A stretch of DNA of 15,741 nucleotides, taken from positions 1 to 15,741 of the forward strand of contig CAVWCX010000032.1 of the NCBI GenBank assembly GCA_963753595.1, read 5' to 3'. Position numbers and translations under genes: made by a program. Source of the stretch: Candidatus Methanoperedenaceae archaeon. Lineage in GTDB: Archaea > Halobacteriota > Methanosarcinia > Methanosarcinales > Methanoperedenaceae. The first letter of the stretch is position 1. Every line of letters starts with the position of its first letter. Below are positions 8,501 through 15,088 of the stretch, piece after piece. Below the pieces are notes generated by a model. It was not told the DNA's origin and made no database searches. It saw only the letters and a program-made list of their open reading frames with translations.

Positions 8501-9117
8501 TCTTTATCTTGTTTTAATTCCTGGTATTTTTCCGTGCGGGTATGAAGAGGCAGTAATTCCCTGTCAAGTGATTCGATGGTCTTTTCAATGGAATTTACTA
8601 CTGCACGCAGATTAGTATAGGCTGTCTGGTATTCCTCAACGCGAAGGATCGTATCAAAAACTTTTTTTCTTGGTCCCGGGTTCAGGAGAAAAGCCGTTGT
8701 GAAAGTTCCCTGCGGAACACCCACTGCATTTTCAAATATCGATGAAATATCTTCAGGCGAACCGATGCCGTATAAAAGGTTCTTCGTGATCCAATCTGTA
8801 ACATCCTTCTTTCCTTTGATTTCACCAACGGGCGTCCTGATGGAATAATCACTTCCCCCAATTTTCCTGTTGATAATATATTCAATTTCGTCGTTTCCTT
8901 CTACGGTGACAGATACCAGGCCGGATTTTTCGCCATGGCGCAGGAAGTCCCCTACATTATAGGGAATATAATCAAAAAGCGCATAACCAATAGCTTCAAG
9001 AATTGTTGTCTTCCCATGTCCGTTCAGTCCACAGATTCCGTTTACTCCCTCCCTGAATTCAATAGTCTCATGTTTGTAGGATTTGACATTCTTTAATTCT
9101 ACTGATTTAATGATCAT
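5581..9117 (-). CDS. rad50: Rad50/SbcC SMC-like ATPase
   Basis: Walker A GLNGHGKTT, Q-loop VPQG, long coiled coil with central CPVLNGVKC, signature LSGGE, Walker B/D-loop FVFLDEPTQNMD, H-loop ISHD. Confidence 0.95.
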   Translation of the reverse strand: MIIKSVELKNVKSYKHETIEFREGVNGICGLNGHGKTTILEAIGYALFDYIPYNVGDFLRHGEKSGLVSVTVEGNDEIEYIINRKIGGSDYSIRTPVGEIKGKKDVTDWITKNLLYGIGSPEDISSIFENAVGVPQGTFTTAFLLNPGPRKKVFDTILRVEEYQTAYTNLRAVVNSIEKTIESLDRELLPLHTRTEKYQELKQDKELLEVEIETFKREIEDTKNKIKELKLKKEDLAAKKSRIDIISSQIVNEQVRLKERNNQLEKAISELSLSRAASKIVDELLPVEEDFKKENLVLKSLNEERIKRDRLKEELSKLDFKITVFLEKLERSLKLTQENNDLEEKKNELLPAIEKARNLEESIKELQKELKEPMAAILYDLANLREKQKQMEDIRKEIERHNIKKASLLPLKEKQLELVSSIKDLKEELESPLRALSSDVASLKEKEARAENLKTEITILLSKKNQLIPEVEKHIALEEEIKNLSSFLDALSRLDFELRKATERDETANKLSLEITELENRLKILEPLIEKQDLLDARLLKLGHQQTAVNSLLKQIKHNMKLAGTQGICPVLNGVKCKSVADFSQYFNNEMDSKKKELKEIEEKSRFVSNELDHLKSPKKQFEDVLVLIASNKKELNTYKKAHDELIECRQKIESLGSSHSMLGFGELSGSEDELKTVYQRLSACKKEFEKIQKSVSEFESINALIRSKNQDLETLNNLTDAFSECSKKILELNSRFNLDIGIDNIKEQLENTIREIKSLERSLKDLNDPQGQVNTLESLINSKNSDMELLKEVPEKISGCLEQLQLICARFGHRGILVGNPGEIRIADGLIESRNNELKALKSPDMEYEKLNGLIEKNLKELKTLEHIPASLDSSKSEREKCKARFLVYDGIDEKLTLANEKIAKLEPEHNRYLQNLPLSLKLNDYTLDCNKIEEGIVVMNASLSENIKNHDEILLQFSEQELNDIISRLLELEKTLSTNAETVRGKRKNLEKISKDIASMDSYILKIKEIQKNLENEKEFLSFSNFIRETIKNSSEFIVNEFIGEISQEASNIFSEIMDDHSSSLKWVNDYDIEINSNGETKYFRQLSGGERMSAALSVRLALLKALSNCDFVFLDEPTQNMDEFRREKLSEEITKIRGFKQVFVISHDDTFNEKYGNVIRIEKIDGESRVETCST

Positions 9118-10413
9118 TTAATTCTCTCCGAAATGGGAAAGGAGAGTCTTTATTTCAGGCTGCTTTATCTTTTTTATATCACTATCATCAAATTTTCTAT
9201 TGTTCTTGATATTTTCAAAGCACCATCTCAATTCCTTCTGGATAGAACTTTCTTCTATACCGGCAGCAGCCATTTTTTTTACTTCGACCATCGCATTTAC
9301 TATTTCAGATAAATTCTCCCTGTAACGGCCATCAAGTTTTATCCTGTCTGAAAAAATACGAAGTTCGATCTCTTCGCGTGTCTGGCCGCGCATATCTCCT
9401 TCCGTGAGGATATATTGGGAATTTGTTTTAATTATTTTGACTTCAGAATAAAGAGGTTTAAAATGTTCGTTAAGCATCTCCCTGACTCGCGAAATGTCAA
9501 TATCAGATTTAGGAAAATTCAGCTCCCCATAAAGCAAAAGTTCAACCAGCGGACTTCTTCCGGATATTATTGAAGGTTCCCTTTCAATATGTGCAGCTAC
9601 GTTTGCATACAGCTCCTGTGGAGTCTGTATATTACTTATATCAAGTTTTATCCGCTTGACAGGGCGTGTGATCGGGGATATCAACTCCCGGCCCTTATTA
9701 TTCACATGATAGAACCCTTTTTCTAATCCATATTCATTCATGGAAACCATTTCAATGCTGCCTGGATTGAATACCCAGCCATCTATTTCGTACTTCATGT
9801 GGTAATGTCCAAGAGCAAGATAATTTACGACTTCTTTCAGGGGAAGAAGTGAATTGAAGGGGATTTCCCCTGCGGTTTCGTATTTTGTCTGGCCTTCCAT
9901 GCCAAAATGCATCATCAGTATAGTATATTTTTCACCACGTTCTGAATTTATTTTTTTAATCTCATCAGCTATTTCAGGGATTATGGAAATAGTATTTGAG
10001 CCAAGGTATCTGACACCGAAAATACGTACTTTGTCCAATTCAATAAAATCTTTCAAGCGATTATTCTTCTCTCCAAGCCTTATTAGCTTTAGCAAACCCT
10101 GTGAGTTGAGTATCTCAAGCCAGCTTTTTCCATCAGCGTGAAACGCAAGGTCATGGTTCCCCTCGATGGCATAAACCTCCGTGGATGGACTTTTTTCTTT
10201 AAGTTCCGACAGCACTTTGTAAGCCTGCAAATAGGTAGGCGCATTAATATTTCGCTTGTGGAAAAGGTCGCCTGATATGAGAATGAATTCAACCCTGTGG
10301 TCGATCGCGAATTTTATGACCGATTGGAAGGCGCGGGCATAGTCACGGAAGCGTTCTTCGAGGCCGTATTGTGCATAGCCAAGGTGGATGTCGCTTGCGT
10401 GGATAAAGTTCAT
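9118..10413 (-). CDS. mre11: Mre11/SbcD nuclease
   Basis: Phosphoesterase motifs SDIHLG, SGDLFH, EGNHD, MMH, ALGHYH, NPGS. Stop abuts the rad50 ATG (TAAATG). Confidence 0.95.
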   Translation of the reverse strand: MNFIHASDIHLGYAQYGLEERFRDYARAFQSVIKFAIDHRVEFILISGDLFHKRNINAPTYLQAYKVLSELKEKSPSTEVYAIEGNHDLAFHADGKSWLEILNSQGLLKLIRLGEKNNRLKDFIELDKVRIFGVRYLGSNTISIIPEIADEIKKINSERGEKYTILMMHFGMEGQTKYETAGEIPFNSLLPLKEVVNYLALGHYHMKYEIDGWVFNPGSIEMVSMNEYGLEKGFYHVNNKGRELISPITRPVKRIKLDISNIQTPQELYANVAAHIEREPSIISGRSPLVELLLYGELNFPKSDIDISRVREMLNEHFKPLYSEVKIIKTNSQYILTEGDMRGQTREEIELRIFSDRIKLDGRYRENLSEIVNAMVEVKKMAAAGIEESSIQKELRWCFENIKNNRKFDDSDIKKIKQPEIKTLLSHFGEN

Positions 10414-10434
10414 GTTGTGTTAAGATGGCGTTCG

Positions 10435-10469
10435 GGGTTAAAAAATTGTTGTGGGAGCGGGGTGAAAGT
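10435..10469 (-). promoter_or_regulatory. putative mre11-operon promoter: ACTTTCACCC box plus TTTTTAA TATA-like box
   Basis: TTTTTAA lies ~25-32 nt upstream of ATG 10413. The whole element recurs upstream of the Bro-N gene. Confidence 0.6.
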
Positions 10470-10480
10470 GAGTGGGATAT

Positions 10481-11026
10481 TTAATTAAATGTAGCTTTAG
10501 AAATTTCAGCTGTTAAGATGGAGAATTCATTTTTTGTTTTGATCCCTCTTTTATCCCATTCGTCAGTAAGCTCATCCCTTATCGCTATTCCTCGTACTCT
10601 TTTTTCAACCCAGTCATCAGAGTAGCCTTTCAATTTATAGAGCTCTTTCATGCGTTTTTGTGCAAGTTCCGGGTCTTCTATTTCCTGCACCCGTTCATAG
10701 CCAACTTTTGCGAGCCATCTTTTGAAGGGTTCGGCTTTTTTTGAGGGGATGGATTGGATAATCCTGAATATGGATTCGGTATTGGCACAATCAGTAAGCC
10801 TCATTTTACTATCTTCTGCCTCCAAGGTCAACTGTACGATTTTATCGTACGGTTCAAAACCTTCTTCTAAAAGATTTGATTTCAAATCAGACCAGTATCT
10901 TCTGGGTATAGAACTGTCTGTTAAAGCTCCAACTACATCAACAACTGAAAAATACCATTGTTCATCATGCCATGTCCTTCTTATTTTTGTTCCTTCAAAA
11001 ACAACAAGCGCGTCTTTTGAATCCAT
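10481..11026 (-). CDS. Bro-N domain protein (antirepressor/DinD-like), probably 3'-truncated
   Basis: IRRTWHDEQWYFSVVDVVGALT...YWSDLK...RIIQSIPSKKAEPFKRWLAKVGYERVQEIEDPELA is a Bro-N family signature. The ORF ends abruptly at ISKATFN (181 aa). Confidence 0.85.
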   Translation of the reverse strand: MDSKDALVVFEGTKIRRTWHDEQWYFSVVDVVGALTDSSIPRRYWSDLKSNLLEEGFEPYDKIVQLTLEAEDSKMRLTDCANTESIFRIIQSIPSKKAEPFKRWLAKVGYERVQEIEDPELAQKRMKELYKLKGYSDDWVEKRVRGIAIRDELTDEWDKRGIKTKNEFSILTAEISKATFN

Positions 11027-11047
11027 ATTAATATCTCTGTGTTATCC

Positions 11048-11081
11048 GGGTTAAAAACGGTTGGGATAGCAGGGTGAAAGT
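11048..11081 (-). promoter_or_regulatory. putative Bro-N gene promoter: ACTTTCACCC box plus TTTTTAA TATA-like box
   Basis: 28/35 identity (one gap) to 10435-10469, and the same 22-nt offset from the start codon. Confidence 0.6.
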
Positions 11082-11131
11082 AATATTCAGATGAAGTTCT
11101 TTTTTCATTAAGCGAAGATAGATTAAAAACG

Positions 11132-11170
11132 AACCGCAGATTCCGAGTCGCGCTTCGGAAGGGCGCAGAC
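11132..11170. repeat. short REP-like element with hairpin
   Basis: aaccgcaga-[ttccga gtcgcgct tcggaa]-gggcgcagac: a 6-bp perfect stem flanked by two CGCAGA units. GC-rich patch in AT-rich intergenic DNA. Confidence 0.4.
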
Positions 11171-11390
11171 ACGTATGCCTCACAGCAAATGAAGTCAATA
11201 TGATTTTTATTGCTTTTTCAAGTGGCGCTGTCATTTGTTGAACTCGTTTCACAAGACAATAGATATACCTTAAATATATATAAGCATGTAGTTTTTTTAA
11301 TATGGCTTATTTTCATAAGTTTTTATGATTTTTGAAAAGTCTTGAAATAGCAATTGACACCAACTTTTTCATCCTTTTCCGGTCTCTTCA

Positions 11391-11406
11391 TAAAAACCTT
11401 TATATT
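11391..11406 (+). promoter_or_regulatory. BRE/TATA-like promoter of the membrane protein gene
   Basis: taaaaacc-tttatatt, ending ~23 nt upstream of ATG 11429. Confidence 0.5.
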
Positions 11407-11428
11407 CACAAACGACTCATTTCATGTC

Positions 11429-12019
11429 ATGGACAACAGGGGTCTGGCTGGTGCATTCATGTTCATTGGCTCAATGCAGTTCGTAATAGGAATGGTTCTT
11501 GCAGAAATTTTCTATCCGGGATATAACGTATCTGCGAATTATATAAGCGATCTGGGGGCTACGTGCCGCGATACCTGCATAATATACCAGCCCTCTGCTT
11601 TTATCTTTAACACATCTGTAATTTTCCTTGGCATACTTATTCTCATAAGTTCGTATTGCCTCTGGCTCGAATTTAAGAATAATCTGATATCCATATTCAT
11701 CGGCCTTTCAGGGCTGGGAGCAGTCGGTGTTGGATTATTCCCTGAAACAGCAGGCATTCTTCACTTGATCGTATCGCTCGTCACTTTTCTCTTCGCAGCA
11801 TTATCAGCGATAGCAGCCAGGAATTTTGTGAAACCGCCATTTACTTATTTCTCAGTGTTCCTGGGGGTTGCAAGCTTAGCAGCTCTTGTTTTATTCGGAT
11901 TGAAATTTTATTCAGGGCTTGGCCCCGGGGGAATGGAGAGGATGATCGCATATCCTGTCCTCTTATGGGTGATCGGGTTTGGGGGATATTTGATGTCTTC
12001 CGATAAAGCGGATCAGTAA
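11429..12019 (+). CDS. DUF998-like multi-pass membrane protein
   Basis: About five hydrophobic segments with YPGYNVSANYISDLG, GVGLFPE...H and GPGGMERMIAYP motifs. The in-frame ATG at 11429 behind a TATA box is preferred over TTG 11354. Confidence 0.8.
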   Translation: MDNRGLAGAFMFIGSMQFVIGMVLAEIFYPGYNVSANYISDLGATCRDTCIIYQPSAFIFNTSVIFLGILILISSYCLWLEFKNNLISIFIGLSGLGAVGVGLFPETAGILHLIVSLVTFLFAALSAIAARNFVKPPFTYFSVFLGVASLAALVLFGLKFYSGLGPGGMERMIAYPVLLWVIGFGGYLMSSDKADQ

Positions 12020-12112
12020 ATACGGATTATCTGAAAAATATTTAAAAAACTCGAAACTATAACCAATAATTCATTAATGTAGAAACAAAAATAGATATTA
12101 AAAGGGACTATC

Positions 12113-13099
12113 ATGGAAAACCAGATAATATGGCTTAACAGGAAAGAAGTGGAGTCACTTCTTGACATGAAAGGGACACTAAAAGTCGTGGAAGAAGCGT
12201 TCAGGCAGCACGGGCTAAAGAAAGTGCAGATGCCTCCGAAGCTTTATCTTTATTTTAAGAACCACAATGGTGACCTGCGGACAATGCCGGGATATCTTGA
12301 AGAGCAGGATATTACTGGCGTAAAGATAGTGAATGTCCATCCAGATAATCGCAAAATTGGATTGCCAACAGTGATGGCGCTTGTGATCCTGAATTCGACT
12401 GAAACAGGCGCGCCTCTTGCTATTATGGACGGCACTTATCTTACCGATATGAGAACAGGCGCTGCCGGTGGCGTGGCTGTGAAATATCTTGCCAGGAAGA
12501 ACGCAAAAACAGTGGGCTTTGTGGGAACAGGGAACCAGGCAAGAAGCCAATTGCTGGCAATAAATGAAGTAGTAGATATCCATGAGATAAAAGCCACGAG
12601 CGCCTCAGAAAAAGAGACGCTTGCATTCAAGGATGATATGGAATTAAGAATTGAATGTGAAATCACGCCTAAAAAAACCATTAGAGAGGTGTGCGATTGT
12701 GATATTCTCGTAACTACCACTCCTTCAAGAGAGCCAATTGTGATAAATGACTGGATACTGGAAGGGACTCATATCAATGCAATAGGTGCAGATGCACCCG
12801 GAAAGGAAGAGCTAGACCCATTGATCTTGAAGCGTGCAAAGGTAATAGTAGATGATATCCAGCAGGCTTCGCATTCAGGAGAAGTCAATGTGCCAATATC
12901 AAAGGGATTGCTGTCTGTAAACGATATTTTTGGGGAACTTGGCGAGGTAATTACCGGAAAGAAGAAAGCAAGGACGAATGATTCGGATATTACGGTCTTT
13001 GATTCGACCGGACTTGCGATACAGGACGTAGCGACTGCGGATATGGTTTACAGGAAGGCTTTGAAAGCGAATATGGGTATGAAATTGCGGCAGTTCTGA
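12113..13099 (+). CDS. ala: archaeal alanine dehydrogenase (ornithine cyclodeaminase/mu-crystallin family)
   Basis: QMPPKLYL, GDLRTMPGY, GVKIVNVHPDN, DMRTGAAGG, Rossmann GFVGTGNQA, HINAIGAD, FDSTGLAIQD. Confidence 0.9.
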   Translation: MENQIIWLNRKEVESLLDMKGTLKVVEEAFRQHGLKKVQMPPKLYLYFKNHNGDLRTMPGYLEEQDITGVKIVNVHPDNRKIGLPTVMALVILNSTETGAPLAIMDGTYLTDMRTGAAGGVAVKYLARKNAKTVGFVGTGNQARSQLLAINEVVDIHEIKATSASEKETLAFKDDMELRIECEITPKKTIREVCDCDILVTTTPSREPIVINDWILEGTHINAIGADAPGKEELDPLILKRAKVIVDDIQQASHSGEVNVPISKGLLSVNDIFGELGEVITGKKKARTNDSDITVFDSTGLAIQDVATADMVYRKALKANMGMKLRQF

Positions 13100-13279
13100 T
13101 CGTAGGGCGTTAAAACCTGCTGTGTTGAATGAATGCTGCTTAATCGATATGCTGAAGCACAATTATAATTTGCTATGATGTTAATAAAATCGATACTGGC
13201 AGACCAAATAGATTGGAATTATTCAAAACAGCAACAAAACCGGAAAGTTTATGTAAGATTTATTATATACATTTTTGGC

Positions 13280-13513
13280 ATGAAGAAAGATTCCTTACAA
13301 TATATCTTAATGATATTGACGCGCGACCTAGAATCACATGCGACATCCGAACAGGTAACCAAATTCAAGAAAAAACATTGTGGGGTGAGATGGGGGAAAT
13401 CTCTGGAAAAAGACCTGTTGGATTATGCGAAAAATGCGTATCATTTAAAGCGCTGGATTGAAAATGTTGTAACTTTTATGGTAGAAAACAATATAAATAT
13501 ATCAACTCGATAA
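13280..13513 (+). CDS. small hypothetical protein (~77 aa)
   Basis: In-frame ATG 13280 (MKKDSLQY...) lies ~25-30 nt after gaaagtttatgta (BRE/TATA-like). Amphipathic-helix-like composition. The ORF track starts it at 13175. Confidence 0.55.
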   Translation: MKKDSLQYILMILTRDLESHATSEQVTKFKKKHCGVRWGKSLEKDLLDYAKNAYHLKRWIENVVTFMVENNINISTR

Positions 13514-13514
13514 A

Positions 13515-13600
13515 ATAATTGTAACTTAAAAACGTGCGATCGTTCTCATTCTGTTGAGTCTTAAGAATTTGAGACAATATCGGATTCAAATTACAATTAT
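13515..13600. repeat. long imperfect inverted repeat between convergent genes
   Basis: ataattgtaa (13515-13524) and ttacaattat (13591-13600) form a perfect 10-bp pair, extending to 16/20. Partial inner pairing tctcattct/agaatttgaga. Confidence 0.6.
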
Positions 13601-13640
13601 CTTCAACTGTCAGATTATCTGACCTGCTATTCGCAGGAAT

Positions 13641-13901
13641 TTAAGTATTAAGATGGCTTACGAGTTCAGATTTTCCCGCCCATGTAAAAAACCGCTTTAG
13701 CTTGACTTTGCAGATTTGTGCTCCGGCTATACATTCATTATGTTTTCCCAGAATGTACTTATTCACATCGGTTTTATCCCACTTTTCGAGAGACTTCTGC
13801 CTGTGGATGTTCTTTAAAAATTTACTATACTCCATCATGGTTTTCTCTGCCGTACCATTGATTTTTAGATCCAGGAGGAATTTATCGATTATATTAACCA
13901 T
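13641..13901 (-). CDS. isolated tyrosine-recombinase N-terminal (SAM-like/core-binding) domain; possible integrase remnant
   Basis: IIDKFLLDLKINGTAEKTMMEYSKFLK...DKTDVNKYI...KVKLKRFFTWAG matches the F......G.s..T...Y / dv..Y / lk.FF.W pattern. No catalytic domain follows. Confidence 0.6.
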   Translation of the reverse strand: MVNIIDKFLLDLKINGTAEKTMMEYSKFLKNIHRQKSLEKWDKTDVNKYILGKHNECIAGAQICKVKLKRFFTWAGKSELVSHLNT

Positions 13902-14130
13902 GTAATCTAATATGTAAGTAATAAGCAATAAAGCCATTATATGAAAAAATAACAAATCCACATAATGTCGTTTTTTAAAGTAAAACCTGATTTATAGGTG
14001 TATTTTTACAAAATATTAATTTATGTGCAATTAAACACCAAAATGCCTCTGATAAGCTATTAATACACCAAAAATGTTGTTCTTGTCACTGAAAAAGATA
14101 TTCTAAAGATAGATATTTTGATAAAGTAAA

Positions 14131-14154
14131 GTATAAATACACGTATAAATACAC
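14131..14154 (+). promoter_or_regulatory. vapBC promoter/operator (2 x 12-bp tandem repeat containing the TATA box)
   Basis: gtataaatacac gtataaatacac, a perfect tandem. Each unit holds a GTAT-aa-ATAC palindrome. The first TATAAATA is ~24-31 nt upstream of ATG 14163. Confidence 0.7.
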
Positions 14155-14162
14155 TTAAGAAT

Positions 14163-14390
14163 ATGGCACACAAAACATTAACAATTTCAGAAGAAGCTTA
14201 TACGGCGCTGGCTGAGCTCAAAAAAGAAGGCGAAAGCTTTACCGAGCTTATAAAGCGCATCACTAAACCTTTACGAAAGAGGCGCCTGAGTGAGTTTATT
14301 GGTGTCTTAAAAGATGATGAAGATTTCGAAAAAGCAGTACTTGAGGTAAGGCATTCCGCAAGTACCAGATTGGAAAGGTTGAAACTGTGA
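14163..14390 (+). CDS. vapB: VapB-family antitoxin (UPF0330/DUF217-like)
   Basis: KTLTISEEAYTALAELKKEGESFTELIKRI is the characteristic archaeal antitoxin signature. GTGA overlap with the PIN gene. Confidence 0.9.
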   Translation: MAHKTLTISEEAYTALAELKKEGESFTELIKRITKPLRKRRLSEFIGVLKDDEDFEKAVLEVRHSASTRLERLKL

Positions 14391-14770
14391 CTGTCCTCGA
14401 TAGCGATTTCTTAATATCCATCCTCAGAGGTAAAGGCGTTTCAGAAATAACAGTGGATATGATAGAAGATCCAAAAACAACTATGATAAATGTCTTTGAA
14501 CTTTATTATGGGACTATGCGTTCTGTAAACCCGGATAAAGCGATCCTGGAAACAAATTCATTATTCAAGTCTATGGAAATACTTGGCTTTGATAGATTTG
14601 CAGCTGCGAAAGCTGCTGATATCCATGCAAAATTAATGAATTCAGGAAAGCCTCTGGACATCCAGGACGTTCTCATAGCAGGGATTGTAATATCAAATAA
14701 AGAAGAACTTGTGACCAGGAACATTAATCATTTCAGCCGCATCCCGGGTATGCGATGCAGACAATGGTGA
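14387..14770 (+). CDS. vapC: VapC PIN-domain toxin
   Basis: VLDSDFLI, NVFELYYG, LDIQDVLIAG, LVTRNINHFSRIPG. Confidence 0.92.
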   Translation: MTVLDSDFLISILRGKGVSEITVDMIEDPKTTMINVFELYYGTMRSVNPDKAILETNSLFKSMEILGFDRFAAAKAADIHAKLMNSGKPLDIQDVLIAGIVISNKEELVTRNINHFSRIPGMRCRQW

Positions 14771-14875
14771 TTTCTTACAATTAATCCCTCTTTTTTCATA
14801 ATAAACTACTTTTTGCTCTTTGAACCAAAACCTTTAATCTTAAAATAACAGTAATCGAACTGGAGAAAATAAATC

Positions 14876-15088
14876 ATGGCAGTTAAGAAATACAGTGAAG
14901 GCTCTATAACGATCGAGATCGATGAAGATAAGTGTAATGGCGATGGCGAATGTGTCAATGTTTGCCCCACCAATGTTTTTGAACTCGTGGACAAAAAATC
15001 AAAAGCCACACGCATTGCAGACTGCATTGAATGCTGCGCATGCGTGGATGCATGCCCCACAAAAGCCATCAAGCACCATTCCTGTTAA
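14876..15088 (+). CDS. dicluster ferredoxin
   Basis: CNGDGECVNVCP and CIECCACVDACP motifs in 70 aa. GGAG SD upstream. Confidence 0.92.
   Translation: MAVKKYSEGSITIEIDEDKCNGDGECVNVCPTNVFELVDKKSKATRIADCIECCACVDACPTKAIKHHSC

Noticed and set aside
7496-8545. Long + strand ORFs (174 and 166 aa) and other antisense ORFs within herA, nurA, mre11 and ala
   Set aside because: Ser/Phe/Leu-rich shadows of Lys/Glu-rich coding sequence on the opposite strand.
5581-9117. Wadjet/Lamassu-type SMC defence system
   Set aside because: Partners are Mre11, NurA and HerA. No kleisin/KITE (JetAB), JetD or LmuA-type genes are present.
10981-11252. Short minus-strand ORFs upstream of the Bro-N gene
   Set aside because: They run through the Bro-N promoter and the repeat-like hairpin, with no recognisable domain.
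11354-11428. N-terminal extensions from the ORF track (also 13175-13279 and 13902-13961)
   Set aside because: The extensions cover AT-rich or TATA-like sequence; downstream ATGs fit promoter spacing or domain boundaries better.
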